A stretch of 64,000 nucleotides of DNA, taken from NCBI GenBank assembly GCA_951406725.2, contig OX597830.1:2418001-2482000 (forward strand), written 5' to 3'. The DNA comes from Octopus vulgaris. Taxonomy: Eukaryota. The position numbers and the translations under genes are program-made. The notes beneath the pieces were generated by a model. The model had not been told where the DNA came from. It saw only the letters and a program-made list of their open reading frames with translations, and ran no database searches. Position 1 is the first letter of the stretch. Each line of letters starts with the position of its first letter. Shown one piece after another: positions 1-13,862 of the stretch.

Positions 1-359
1 GAAGATTGGACCAGGAATATCTCAAAACATAAACTGGCTGAAGAACTTGTTTCTAACAGAAAACTTGAGACTAAAGATTGACTATGACTGAACTACCAAG
101 ATTGTAATATAATCTATTCCAAAACATGAAATTATGGCTCTTACTCACAACCATTTCTTCTCCATAATATGTAACAGACCTTCACTAATTAATAAAGGTA
201 GCCATGTGTTATCATGAGCAGACACAGTCTCATCCTCAACCCCCATATAGTCAACTAAATGTAACATCTACAATGTTGGGTGGTATGTATTCTCTTGTTA
301 TTGACATTGGGAAGATGAAAGACAAAATTGACTTCAGAAGAATTTGAACTCAGACTACA

Positions 360-405
<46 letters not shown>
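360..405. repeat. (TAG)n microsatellite
   Basis: About 15 AGT units; explains the poly-Ser ORF 328..612. Confidence 0.95.
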
Positions 406-406
<1 letters not shown>

Positions 407-971
407 TGGGGACATGCATTATAATAGCGCATCACTGCATCCACCATTTGTTGGTAATTCCCCTACTTCTGCCTGGCAGGGGGCACCTTTGCACCACTCA
501 GACAACAACTCTCCAGCCCTTGGGTCTGTTTTTGGTCCTCAATGCTGGTGCAGTGAGAGCGCAAAGCCTACCTCAACCTTTTTTAGTTGTCTTTCTTATG
601 AGACATAGATGAATGTGAAATGATGTGTTTTGTTCAAGAACACAATTCCTGGTCTAGGAATCAAATCTCTGATCTAGTGATTTTTAGGAAAATACCCTAA
701 CTTATTTCTTTACCACCCACAAGGGGCTAAACACAGAGGGGACAAACAAGGACTCACAAACGGATTAAGTCAATTACATCGACCCCATTGCATAACTAGT
801 ACTTAATTTATCGATCTCAAGAGGATGAGAGGCAAAGTCGACCTCGGCAGAATTTGAACTCAAAATGTAACGGCAGATAAAATATGGATACGCATTTCGT
901 CCAGCATGCTAACATTTCTGCTAGCTCGCTGCCTTAGGGAAACACCCTAACCACTAAGCCATGGGCCTTCA
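405..971 (-). mobile_element. tRNA-derived SINE (family C), interrupted by a nested family A SINE
   Basis: Minus-strand head 'atggcttagtggttagggt' (A-box-like) and 'ttcttgaacaaaacaca' core, shared with copies at 42525, 58500 and 62850. Confidence 0.6.
702..933 (-). mobile_element. tRNA-derived SINE family A (Meta-SINE-like central domain)
   Basis: Minus strand has the B box 'gagttcaaattc', the central 'gtcgactttgcctctcatcc...cgataaattaagtac' and an ~18-bp TSD (684-701 / 934-951). Confidence 0.9.
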
Positions 972-2120
972 CACAACACAGATAGAAAGAACAAGAATCA
1001 CAATATATTTTGTATGAACCTTCTACATTTCTACCCATTGACCAATCCTTCAGAAGTTATCAACACCAGTTTGAGAGAGAAAAGAGCAAGAGACCCACAG
1101 AAAGGACTGTAACTGTTATATCGTCTGCCATGCGACCACGTTCCTAATTCCACCAGAGAGCATTTTGTCTTCTAAATTTACTGCTATAAAGTGTTTCTGT
1201 TGTTTGCTCTGTTCTGTTTTATATCTACAAGTTGATATGTCCAGCATTTAGCGCTGGCAGGATAAGTCATTCTATGAATGTTTAATATTGTGAGATATTC
1301 AACCTTTCTGTGAATATTGGGAGTAATAATGAAACAAATCAAGAACATTCCGAATTCCTCGTTAACGTTTGAATGCAAATGATATGAGACATGTCAAGCA
1401 CAAGTCTGTGATGTGAAACCAGAAACAAGTCACTGATTAGATACAAATGTCAGCAAAAAACACAGGGTCTGTTGTTGTGTGGGGCATTTTTTAAGTAACT
1501 GAAAGATGCAAAAACACATTCTTTCTTTCCCTCTCCCTCTATACCTCTATCCATCTATCTATTTCTATTTGTTTATTTAGCTCACTTTGTGTAGAAGAAA
1601 ATACACGCTCCTGATGAGCTGGTAAAGATAGGTGAAACTAGTGAACCTGTTCTCCATTTTGTAATTGAAAGCTCTATGTTTTAACCAAAAGTTTTATTTA
1701 TTGAGCAGAGATAAATATATTGTTACTAAACAAATTCATGTCCATATATTTGCTTACTTAGCCATCATCACATTATCTCAGCACTTTTGTACTCTAAGCT
1801 TATACACACACACACAGATACAGACGTGTGTATGTATGTATGTATCTATATAAATCTATCCAGCTCTCTACCTAGCTATCTATGTATCATCTATCTATAT
1901 CTGTATATATCTGTATATATATATATATGCCCTCTCTCTTTCCTAGTTTCTCTCCTTCTCTCTCCCACCTTCTCATATGTATGCATGGATAGCTACATGA
2001 ATGGATGAATGATTGTATATGCTTATGAGTGGATTGATGGATGGATGCTTTTGATGGCTGGAATGATGGATGTGCGGGTGTAAAAAAGAAAATAGATAAA
2101 GAGATAAATAAATACACACA

Positions 2121-2159
<39 letters not shown>

Positions 2160-3607
2160 ACAAGCACAAAAGCAATTTAAATGTAGAAAAGTGGAATGGT
2201 AAATAGGTATTTTCAGGTAGGGACTACTTTAGATGCTCTATTATAAGAGGGGAAAAGGAGATAAGCCGGGAATGTAACAACCCATTTACCGGAGAAAAAC
2301 CTACCATTATATTGCATTTCCTGTGTATTTATAATTTAAAGAGATTGACACAGAATGGCAACAACTGGATAACTTTATTTTTTTTCTATCTAATTCGCTT
2401 ATTTGCAATTCATGTTTTATGTATCGAATCATAAAATTCCAAGTTTGCAAACTCTGAGTACTATTATTTATTTATCAGTGAACATTTATAAACGTATGCA
2501 GATATTTTGTCGCAATATAACCCCTGCTAACATATAAAATGGTGAAGGTTTGTGCTGCGTTTTATTTTTGCCAATTTTTATGCTGCGTTTTGTAGTTATT
2601 TTCTTGAAGTATTTTCTCATGTGTTAACTGTTATTATGTTTAGTTGATAGGATTAAGGATTATAAAACGTAGGCAAAGACACTTCTTGTTGTTCTATTGT
2701 AGATGTACATACAAGTATATGCATTTAACTGATGTTATTATTTGGATATGATGATGACGATTATGATGATAATGACGATGATGATGATGGTGATGATGAT
2801 GAGGATGATCATATCACCAGAATCATTTCTTTACATCAAATGGCACCATATTTTTATATCCACTCCGTGTGATAATTTCCTATCCACTGCAGTGTTAGAA
2901 CTTCGTACATATACAGTAATGTCATAACTACGCATATACTATGAAAATGTCATAGCATGACATATACAATGACAATGTAATAACATTATATTATCTCCTG
3001 ATATCTCAAAATTTAATATCCACTGAAATGTCATAACAGTCCAGCTGACACCGAATCATACGTCTGAAACACTGCAATGTCATAACTGCCGATCCACTGA
3101 ATAGCAAGAAGTCTTAAGTACGTTTTCATAATTTCTAATTCACCAGAAATTCAAAATCTTCATTTATAGCTCTGCTATTTCTTATCTGCCAAAGAAGAAC
3201 CTTTATTATTTGTAACTTTAATTTCTCTATAGAAGAAAAAAAAAAAATTATATCCTTAAACTCTATTATATTGATGAAGTCTACAAGGTTGAAACATGCC
3301 CATAGTTGTCACCCTTGCTTAATACCAAAGATGAGAGGGTTCATTCCCAAAGCAAGGAGATTGAGTTTTGGTCAATTACTTTTTAATTTATTGAAGTTAT
3401 CTGCACTTCACTTTTGAGCATTGCTAGATGTTACACATATTACCAGATTTTTGGTCCCTTTCATAAATTTCAATAATTTCAGAATATCTTCTCATACAAC
3501 ATTCATTTGATCCTACTTTCCCTAATATAGTCATGGATCAGTTCTCATAACTGATTGGAAGATGTGGTCAATTCTTTAGAGAACCTTGACACCAACAGTT
3601 TCAGCCA

Positions 3608-3865
3608 CATCATCATCATCATCACCATCATTTAACATCTGTTTTCCATGCTGGCATAGGATGGACAGTTAAACTGTTGCTGGCAAGCTCGAGAAGTGTA
3701 CCAGGCTCCAACTGTATGTTTTTGGTAAGGTTTCTATGGCTGGATTCCCTTACTAATGCCAACCTCTCTACTGAGTGTATTGGGTGATTTTTAAACAGCC
3801 CACCAGCACAAGTGTTTTATACATGTGACACCAGCATGGGTGATTTTTTTTGTATGACACCAGCA
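3608..3865 (-). mobile_element. SINE family B with (ATG)n tail
   Basis: (cat)n followed by 'tttaacatctgttttccatgctggcat...ggctggattcccttactaatgccaacc'; repeated many times in the window. Confidence 0.8.
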
Positions 3866-4986
3866 TAGTAATATCTATTGTTACATTTCATATGTATCAT
3901 CGATCACTCTTCCAAATTTCTCTACCATTCACAATATCCAGTCTCTACAGTTGTCACCTACTCTTCCCTATCTTTCCTCTTTCTATTTATCAACAACCAC
4001 TCCTTGTTCTTGATTGTGTATTTGCTACCTAAACCATTCCTCATCTCCCACTCACCCCATGTACTTTTCTGGTCTCTATTCACATTCTAATTCCCTTCTC
4101 TTTCCCTTCAGTATCAGTCATGACTCTTCATCTCTTTTTCCACTATCTCTCCAGTTACGCCCACCCAATCTTCCATAAGCTGAGTTGTTGAGAAGCTTCT
4201 TTAAAGGAAGAAACAACTTCCTTACTTGTTCCTTCTTTCATACACTAACCTCTCGTCTCTAAACATAAACTCACGCCCTGTCTCTCCTATAGTCACACTC
4301 AATCAAGGAGGACCTTAGTTTTGTGAGTGACCTTGCTAGCACTGGTGGCAAGATAAAAAAAAGCACCCAGTACACTCTGTAAAGTGGTAGGCATTAGAAA
4401 CTATGCCGAAGTAGACACTGGACAATGATACGGTCCTTGGATGTTTCAGATCCTTTCATACTGTAACGATGATGACTGGCTGCTTGGAGGAGGGAATGGC
4501 ATCCTGCCTGCCTAGCCAGCAGAGGGGCTTCATTTGAAAGCTAAAATGATGCAAATCACATTGTGACTGGCAACGTATAAGACTATCTGAGAGGTCAATA
4601 CCATGATACACACACATTCTTAGCCATCACTTGCAAGTCAGTGCAATGTGACAGCTTGTAGCAGTCTTTCCCTTGTTATGTTGGGAGCCTGTACTGTTGT
4701 GAGCAGACATAGACACTCCCACAGCGCTCCTAAACTTCTTTAAATGAAACATGAAGGATGTAACACTTGGAAAGGGAGAGAGTCAACCTGCACTCAGCTG
4801 GGACCAATTTTCAGCTGAGCAGTCTGGAGCAACAAGAAAAAATTAAGTGCCTTGCTCAAGGACAAAATGCACTGCCTTGTCCAGAGATCAAAACTGTGAC
4901 CTTAATATTGGGAATCTAGTAACATAACTTCTTGGCCACATGCTTTCACGTATACACAGGAACAAGTATACCTGTATATATATACA

Positions 4987-5130
4987 TCATCATCATCATC
5001 ATCATCATTTAGCGTCGGCTTTCCATGCTAGCATGGGTTGGACGGTTCAACTGGGGTCTGTGAAGCCAGAAGGCTGCATCAGGCCCTGTCTGACCTGGCA
5101 GTGTTTCTACGGCTGGATGCCCTTCCTAAC

Positions 5131-5179
<49 letters not shown>

Positions 5180-5425
5180 TCATCATCATTTAACGTCCAC
5201 TTTCTATGCTGGCATGGGTTTGACACTTTGACTGGAACTGGTAAGCTGAAGGGTTGCACTAGACTCTTGTCTGATTTGTCTTGGTGTCTATAGCTGGATG
5301 CCCTTCCTAATGCCAACCACTCTGAGAGTGTAATTGGAGCTTCTCACATGCCACTGGCACAAGTGCCATTTATATGACACAGTCAACTGACACAATTAGG
5401 ATTTCACTTGGCTTGACAAGTCTTC
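4987..5425 (-). mobile_element. Two adjacent family B SINE 3' fragments separated by (TA)n
   Basis: (cat)n-'ttagcgtcggctttccatgctagcatggg' at 4987 and a second copy at 5177. Confidence 0.85.
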
Positions 5426-8400
5426 ATGTGTGTGTGTGTGTGTATAATATACATGTATATACCTAAATCTATACATACACACCTAACCCTATGAAAACAA
5501 GCACACTCATATATATATAACAACACCTACCTATACATACCTATAACTACACACGCACATACACTTGGCTACACCTATGCTTGCAGAGTGAGTGTGTGTG
5601 AGAGAGGGTGAGAAGCCAATAAAAGTAATTGCTGCTATTAAACAGTTTTTCTGCCGTTAGCAGACCATGCAGTGTCTGTGAGTTAATGACGTAGATAACG
5701 ATACAAGCATTTAACAAATCATAACAACAATAAACATAACTCTCTTTCTCTCTTCCTCTCACTCTCTTTCCTTCTCTCTCTCTTACTCTCTTCCTCTCTT
5801 GCTTTCTTTCTCTCTCTCTCTTGGGATACAACTTCATCATTGCTACTTATTTATCTCTTTCTTATCTTCTTTTTTTATTGTTGTTATTGTTGTTGTCTTT
5901 TGGTGGTGGTGGTGGTGGTGGTGGTGGTGGTAGTATCTTTCTTTCATATGATTTATGAAAATTATATATTTTTGGGTATTTGTTGTAAATTTTTGAAGTA
6001 GTTTATTATGTCTTATTATTGTTGTTTTCGTTATTTATTTTTTTTCTTGTTTTGTTTTTTTCTTCCCTAATAAGATTACAATTTTTGAAATGCAAGGACA
6101 AAGACAGAAATGTTTCTAAAAAATTAGTTTTTGAGAGGAATAATGTATAAAAATTTATAAAAAGTAAATCAAAAAATTCCTTAGAGAAAGGGAGAGGTGT
6201 GAGGAAAAGGGGAGAGAGAGAAAAAGAGGGAGAAAGGGGGGTAGAGAGATAATTGAATTAAAGTATTTTACTTTATTGTGTCTGATGAGTGAGAATGTAT
6301 TTAGGTCTGGTGTTGTTGATAAAATGCCAGAATGTTTGGTCAAGATTCCTTGATTTGTATCTTCTTCCTAACACAACACCTTGCTACTGTCCAGGCAAAG
6401 AGATGGCTGATGTCTGAGAACAAAAATCTATAGCTTCGTAGCAGGTGTCAGGTCACTCTGTGTGACCCTTTTCTTGGATTCCTATTAGTTTGGTAGAGGA
6501 AGAGAAGGGAGCTATTGGTCTTCATATCAAAGACCCACTACTAATATGTGCAACTGATTGGTGCTCATTGCACTGAAGACTATGTCTTGAGAGTTGTATG
6601 CGCTATGCCATTGGCAACAGCATGTCTTAATTCTTACCTGCATGTTTTCTGGCTAATGTATGATAAGAACTGGTTTTGAGTTTTGGTTTTAAATAGCATT
6701 GCAAGCGTGAACAATCCATTATAAGCGAGGGGTGTCAACTGTGACAGTCAGCCAGGAATAATCCCTTAGAAGTGAGGGGTGTCAGCTGCTTCGCTTGGTG
6801 ATGTTATCATATTCCCAACACACACCAAATTTATTGCTGACAATTTGTTTTGAAAATTACAAAGATTCCTCATTTAGATACAAGCTCCCTGCTTGTCAGA
6901 TTTTAATTGCCTTATTAAACAATTAAGCTGTGGGTAACATTGTTTCTTCTGACAATGAAGAAGCCTTTACTTTGTTGTTTTATAAACCTGCTAGAAATAG
7001 CAGACAAATTCCCCTCAAACCATTTTTCTATAAACAGATTAGATTGACTAATGTAGAACTGGATGTGTGTGTGTATGTGTGTGTACAGTATCGTATTACA
7101 ACATTAGTTGCTTAGTATATAGAAAGGTGAGATGTGTTTTTAACTTTATCCTTTTGTGTCAAAGAACACTAAGACATCATCTTATACACCAACATTATTC
7201 TTAAAGAGAACCGACAATAGAAGGAAGAGTCATGCAAGGAAGCAGAGATTCCTGAGGGCTTCTATACAACATCTTATGTGTCATGAAACTATGGAAGTGG
7301 AGGTATTTCGTTGTCGGAGAAGCATATGATGACCTGACCTCTGCAATGCAACGCCTTCTCTCAATGGCTTCAAAACATCTGACTCATGACTGGTACTAAA
7401 CTCAGATTATAGTAAAAGAGGACTCGTGCAAACAACCCGTCTGACTCTTATTCTTCACAGCTGCCAAGAAGACTGGGCAGGGTACCTTAGAGACACAATT
7501 GAATATGATATTCCATATGTTGCACGGTTCTTTATTCAATCTGTCTCATGTCCCACTGCCTCATGGCTTGATATCATCTTTCTGGCCATTGAAACCTGAC
7601 ACCTGACAACTGGATTCTCTCAGCAGATCCACCAGAAGTCCAGTCATCCCATGTGAAGAGTAGCGAGTCTTTAAAGACTTTTATCCAGAATTCAAAATTG
7701 GTTGTCTCCCTTCAACTTAATCCTGCCCAGTCAATGGTGCACAGTCATATGCAAACAGTTCATAGACATTGTGTGATGGTCATAACTGGATCACTCTAAT
7801 CACTTCACAGAAAATAAAGGAGATTGTCCTAATGTGATTCATGAGTCATTGACCAGTCCTCAAATGACAATTATCTCCTCATATTACCATCGAATAGACA
7901 AAATACAGCAGCTGCTATTTCCATCAAATATAAACCTGAACGTAGTTGTAATGGCTAAGCTAATTTGCTAACAACTTTTAAAGCTGTTACTGTGAGATTT
8001 AAACAGCTGTAGTAAAATCCCGTTATTCATTTTACAGAAATATAATGGACAGTTTCCTGATATTTTTCAAAGAAAATATACTCCATATATTTCTGGCCAT
8101 AAATGAAATTTATAACAGTCACTATTTAAATCAAACACAATCTGACATTTAAAAGGTGTGTCACCTACAACCATAAATCATTTTAGAGATAATGAGAACT
8201 ATAACACCCAATGTGTTCCTTTTCTCCCTTTAATGTAATAGTGTATTAATTTGAGGGAGATCTGGCTGCTATTTCTACTTCTGCTGGCTGGTCACTCGAC
8301 AAAATAGAAGCTGTTCTGTTCATCTCTTCATTTTGATAGAACACCACCTTAAGGTGTTTTTAATTGGTCCCAGCAAACCGAGCAGTTATTTCAGCCAATC

Positions 8401-9041
8401 TGTTTATCAAACGATTAAGTTCCACCTTTTGACTCAACATTGATTTTAACAGCAACAAATACATGCAGAGATGTGTAGACACTCAGACACACAGTCATAC
8501 AGAGACACACATAAACACACACACAGATGCACAGACAAACTCACAAGCACACAAACACAGATACACATGCATACAAGAATATACGCACACGCAGATTCAC
8601 AGACACTCCAACATATACACACAGACATAGACACACTTATTGTTTTAATTTTGATATTGAAGATGTAAGGTTTCACCTATTGAGATCAATTAGTGGAGTA
8701 ATTAAGGCATTAATTTAGTTCGCTGATGGAGGTGCTTTAGTAGAAGAGGTAGTTGTGTTATCAATAAGTGATTTTATATTGAGTTTAGTGCTTTGGTGTT
8801 GAAGAATATAATATTTTACCATTGTTTTTTGCAGTTGTCAGTTTATGGCCCTTTCTAGGGGTTTCTATGACAGGTGAAGGGAAGGAAGAGCAAGACAGTT
8901 ATCCTCTGATCCCAGACTGACCTGAATTCTTACCAAACAGCAAACTCTTCCAAAGGGACTGAAGGTGCCAGATGATTGTATTAAATCAAGTAATAGATTA
9001 ACTCTACCATCTGATTAGACATTTCATCCAATGTGATTCTA

Positions 9042-9604
9042 TTGGGTTGTCCAGAAAGTTCGTGCCGATTTTTAAAGGAAAGAAAATGGTCAATAAATGC
9101 TTGCCATTACATTTTAATCAACCAAATATGAACCATTTTGTTGCACAATGTGTCTCCATCTTTCCTTCAACTTGAAAACACCCTCTTCTCAGAATTGAGG
9201 TTGTTTCATGGCAAAGAATTCATCAAGGTATCTTTTTACACCATCCAAGGAATTGAAATTTCTACCATTAAGACTATTCTGCAGAGACCTGAATAAGTGG
9301 AAATCCGAAGGAGCAATATCTGGTGAATATGGAGGGTGGGGTAACACATTCCAGCCAAGTTGCAGGAATTTGTCTGATTCCCAAAGCATCAAGTGCTGAA
9401 AATGAACTTTCTTATCTTCCATTTTAAAGGGTTACGGAATTAACACAGGTTATAGGAACATAAACCTTCTTCCACGAAATGATAGCTTAAACTGTGCTCT
9501 AAATGGAGGTGTAGTCAAATCCTATTTTATGTACTCAACCATATTCTAAAATAAGTCGAACGATAAGCTACTATAAATCAGCATGAACTTTCCGGACAAC
9601 CCAA
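9042..9604 (-). mobile_element. Internally deleted mariner (D,D34D) element with both TIRs and TA TSD
   Basis: TIRs 'ttgggttgtccagaaagttcgtgccgattt' / 'aaatcagcatgaactttccggacaacccaa', each flanked by TA. ORF 9189..9422 fuses the N-terminus MEDKKVHF..HLMLWE to the C-terminal LGWNVLPHPPYSPDIAPSDFHLF motif. Confidence 0.93.
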
Positions 9605-10599
9605 TATATTAGAAGAAAATTTGGCCGTTATTTCTAGCAGGTCCAGTCTCCGGACACTCAGTCATTTTATTGTAATTGCATGAAGAGTCAAAGAGAAAGA
9701 GTGGCACATGTATGCATCCTGTGCCACAACTAACATCATTTGGCTTACAAATTGGTGAATTACTTTGGTCAGTTGTAGATTTTTCTCAGTGAGTGCACTT
9801 GTTTAACCCTAGGCCAGGCCTAATTAACAAGAATGCCAAAAGCATTCAATCCAGCAATAACCATCCTGTATTAATTTTGGCCATAGTTTATCTTGGCACT
9901 ATATTATCTGTTCTGGTATGTATTTATTGATATCTGTTTAACAAAAGGCTAAGTCATGCTCTCTTACACAAAACACAATTCTTTTGAATCAATAAATATA
10001 ACACAGACAAACTGAAGTGGAATGCATTCCTTTTCATATAGATTGAGCATCCATTTCTAGCAGGTCAAGCGACCATCTAGTGACTTTCTTGTTGTCTCAT
10101 TTCTTCAATGGTCTGTTGTTTATGATTTTTAATTGTGTTGTTCTTGTAATACATTATTGCTACATTTATTTTATGATTCCATGTACCACATGATGTTCAA
10201 CTTAATGAGATTCACGTTAATTTATTCATGCATTAAACAGCCAAAGTAGGAGGCTTTTTGCTCATATATTTTATGTGTTTCTTTGTGTTTTTTCACTGTT
10301 ATTGCTTTTCTTTTTATTTATTGTATTATTTTCCTTTGTTGCATAATCTAATGTTAGAATTTATTTCCAAATCTGTTGTCATTAACTCACATTTGGCTTT
10401 ATTCAAGGAATTACTTTGTGTTCTACCATTTTTGTGCAGAAAAATCCAATGGCACTTCTGACTAGGGACTTTACTACTAATATTTTATATCTATGCAGAC
10501 ATATATATCCATGCACATACATGTAATTACAAATTGCAGGTTGTTTTGTTTTTGTCATTTCATTTATCTTTTTCATATGCAGGCTGATGTTATATAACA

Positions 10600-13000
10600 G
10601 TTTTTCCCTACTTCCTACATTTACAGTTAAGATTAAGGTTATCAAACTCCCTAAATCTCTACCTAAGCCATGTTAGACATTAAAGGAGAGATAAGAGTTA
10701 TTTTGCACATTCTTCTTTACTTTCAGCAAAATCTCGTGGTTTGTCACAATAAAAATATTATTCTCGTGCATGGTATAAATTAGAGGTTTATATTAGAGTG
10801 TGACATTATATTCTACACTAACCATTTAAAATAATGTGAATGTAGATCTAGAAAACACACCCATCACTGTCTCCTCTATCTGGTTACATTCTGTGAATGT
10901 TTAGTGTTTAATTAATTTAGTTTATAATTCAGTCTGTGATCAAAAGCCTCATGGGTTTCCAAGTTAGTCAATAGTCCACTGCATTTCCATTGCCAAAAGT
11001 AATAAGGGAGTATTTGTGTCACTCAGAACAGAACAAATATCACAAGTACATTCATTCAGATAGCACTGTGTTTCAAGGTTTTCCCACAAATATTTACAAG
11101 TTTTGCTAATCCATATTGTCAAAATATTTGCCCATAGATACTCATTGAGAGATGCACGTCAATGCATCACCATTGCTTGTTAATGAGCTGCAGAGTAGAG
11201 TTTACATTTTAGCTCAGCTGATAATCTATTCACCTATCTTAGAAATATCTCTTCATAGTTAAATGCAATACAGAAGGATATCAATTACCAATGCGTACAG
11301 ACATGTGACTTTTCAGAGCACAATACAAAGGCATTTATTAACTGATTTGCAGTCTTATGTTCATTGAAGTGGTTAGATTCATTTAACCAGTTCATTTTAC
11401 CAAACTCCACTCACAAGACTATGGTAGATGCCTCTTAACCAAGGTGCCTTATTACTTATGGCAATTCTGAAATATATTTGTTAATTACAAGAATCAATAC
11501 AGTTGATCATATTCTTCCCCTGCCAAAAACGTCTGCCCCACTGCTTAGACTAACAATCAATATATTTAGTAATGCCATTATACGTAACCTCTGTTTCTTT
11601 GATCTTATTTTTGTCCTTTAACAGTCGAACCTTTCTCCACTCACATTTTATGGTATTGGCAGCATATTTATGACACAACAGGAAACTATAAAATCAACAT
11701 TTCCCAAAATCCTTTGTAAATTACCAAAGTTGAAGCATCATTCCAATCCATTGTAATATGGAATAAAGAGCAGATATAAAAAAAAAAACAGAGAAAACAA
11801 AAACAACCAGCAAAAACATGCATAATTCCACCAACTTTCTCATGTCAATAAAAGCTTATTCTTCTCTTTAATAACGGAGTTGCCTAATATAAAATTTCGG
11901 TTTGTCATAGTTCTCTTAATCTTTTACCAGTATAGCTTCTTGATTCTGCTGCAATATTTCCGGTATGAAGCTTTAGTGAAATACATTTCCTGTTATAGCT
12001 GCTATCAAGTTACAATCTTTGATTAATTTCTATGAATACTGACATTTGAGTTAAAGAATTTTCTAAGTTTAGCTACCTTAAAGAAGAAAGTATGTAATCT
12101 CTGGGAAATATCTTGTCTAGTAGAGTACAAGAAAACTTTATGGTACCTTGTCTTTCTTAGAAATAAAACTGACATAAACACAGACTTTTCTTAGATCTAG
12201 ATTTTAAAATGTTTATAGCTTAGTTTTGGATATGAGGGACAGAGCTCATATCTTCTTAGCAGCAGTGTGTGATAGTTATTATGGAACTGTAATATTCTAA
12301 ATAGGAGGGACAAATCTCATAGTTTTCTCAGGAGTGGTGTATGTAGGGTATTGTTGTATTATACTGGTTATATTTCTTCAGCCTAATTAGTATTCAAAAC
12401 TAAACAACTTACCTCCATAAATATAAAAGTTTGTAAAATGCAAATGATGTGAATTGTTTCATGTAATAAAGTGGATTTGTAATATTCTATAAAATGCATA
12501 AACTTCTAAAAATAGCAGAAATGAATTTATGTATAAATTTAAAAGTGAAAGCATTTTATTATTTTACTTGATTCACTTCTGTTGTTCTTGGAGAAGTACA
12601 CTGGTCTCAGCATCTGAGGAAATCTTTATGTTCCAGTCACATGCCTAGACACTTCTTTTTGCAGTGAAAGTAGAATGAGGTCATTTACTTTCCCATAACT
12701 TTGGGATCCCTGGAATTATATATTTATTTCATTGTCTCACTAGCCCCAGTCCTCCCTCCCCAAAATATCCCTCTGGAATTTCTCCTTCACTAATGCCTTT
12801 CCTGCAGGTGTCACCTGCAGCAGCTTAAAAGTAGATTGATGCAATCAAGCTTAACAATCTTGGAAAGCCTATAAAGGTTAAGGGGGCACTTCCCCTTATT
12901 TCAAAGACAGCAAGAAAGAAGAAAAGAATTGGCTGTAACGAAACTCTTAAAACTTTTCTGGCTTCATCAGGGACCTGCTTCAAATATACAAACTCAAATT
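10600..13000 (-). mobile_element. Possible heavily decayed LINE (L1/Tx1-like) remnant
   Basis: Purine-rich, coding-like minus strand with only faint APE/RT-like traces; many stops. Confidence 0.25.
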
Positions 13001-13407
13001 TCAACTGCATGAATTATATTAATAAATAATTACCTTAAACTCACCACTGCTGTGGTAATTGTATGATATTTAAGATCAATACTAATAAATTCTCTCAAAT
13101 GGGTGGCATAAGATTGCAAGAAAAAAAACATAGAACATTCCAGGCTAAATTTGGTTCCATCACTTCCTGTAAGAAATATCATTATCCAATGCCTGCGTTT
13201 CCATACTTATATGGGTCAGACAAAATCAGTTGAGGCAGATTTACATTGAATGGATGCCTTTCCTGTTGCTAACTCTCATTTGCTTTCAAGCAAAGCAATA
13301 TTTCCCAAAAGGCCAGACATGTTTTCCATGGAAGAATGGAAGTAAAGAACATTGCTTGTATGAAGGTGATGGTCAATTACAATCATCACAAGATGTCAAG
13401 ACAAAGA

Positions 13408-13682
13408 TACACACAAACACACACACACACTCATACATACATACATTCATGCATACATACATACATACATGCATATATACATACATACATACATGCATAT
13501 ATACATACATACATACATACATACATATACATACATACATACATACATACATACATAACATACATACATACATGCATATATACATACATACATAACATAC
13601 ATACATACATACATAACATACATACATACATGCATATATACATACATACATACATGCATATATACATACATACTTACATACA
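13408..13682. repeat. Compound (CA)n/(TACA)n microsatellite
   Basis: Direct reading; source of the HTYI/YVCM ORFs. Confidence 0.95.
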
Positions 13683-13687
13683 AACTT

Positions 13688-13862
13688 GCCAGGCAAAATG
13701 CTTAATAGCATTTCAACTGTCTACATGTTCAGAGTTCAAATTCCACCAAGGTCTACTTTGCTTTTCATCTTTTTGGGGTTGATAAAGTAACAGTTGGGGT
13801 CAATGGAACCACCTCATCCCCTTCTCCAAAACTGCTGGCCTTGTGCCAAAATTTGAAACCAA
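13688..13862 (+). mobile_element. SINE family A, diverged and 5'-truncated
   Basis: 'gttcagagttcaaattccaccaaggtctactttgcttttcatc' and the 'ggccttgtgcc' tail. Confidence 0.75.

Noticed and set aside
13230-13782. Long HTYI/YVCM ORFs, here and at 32200, 35300, 40200, 52700 and 58800
   Set aside because: Translations of (TA)n, (TACA)n and (CA)n microsatellites.
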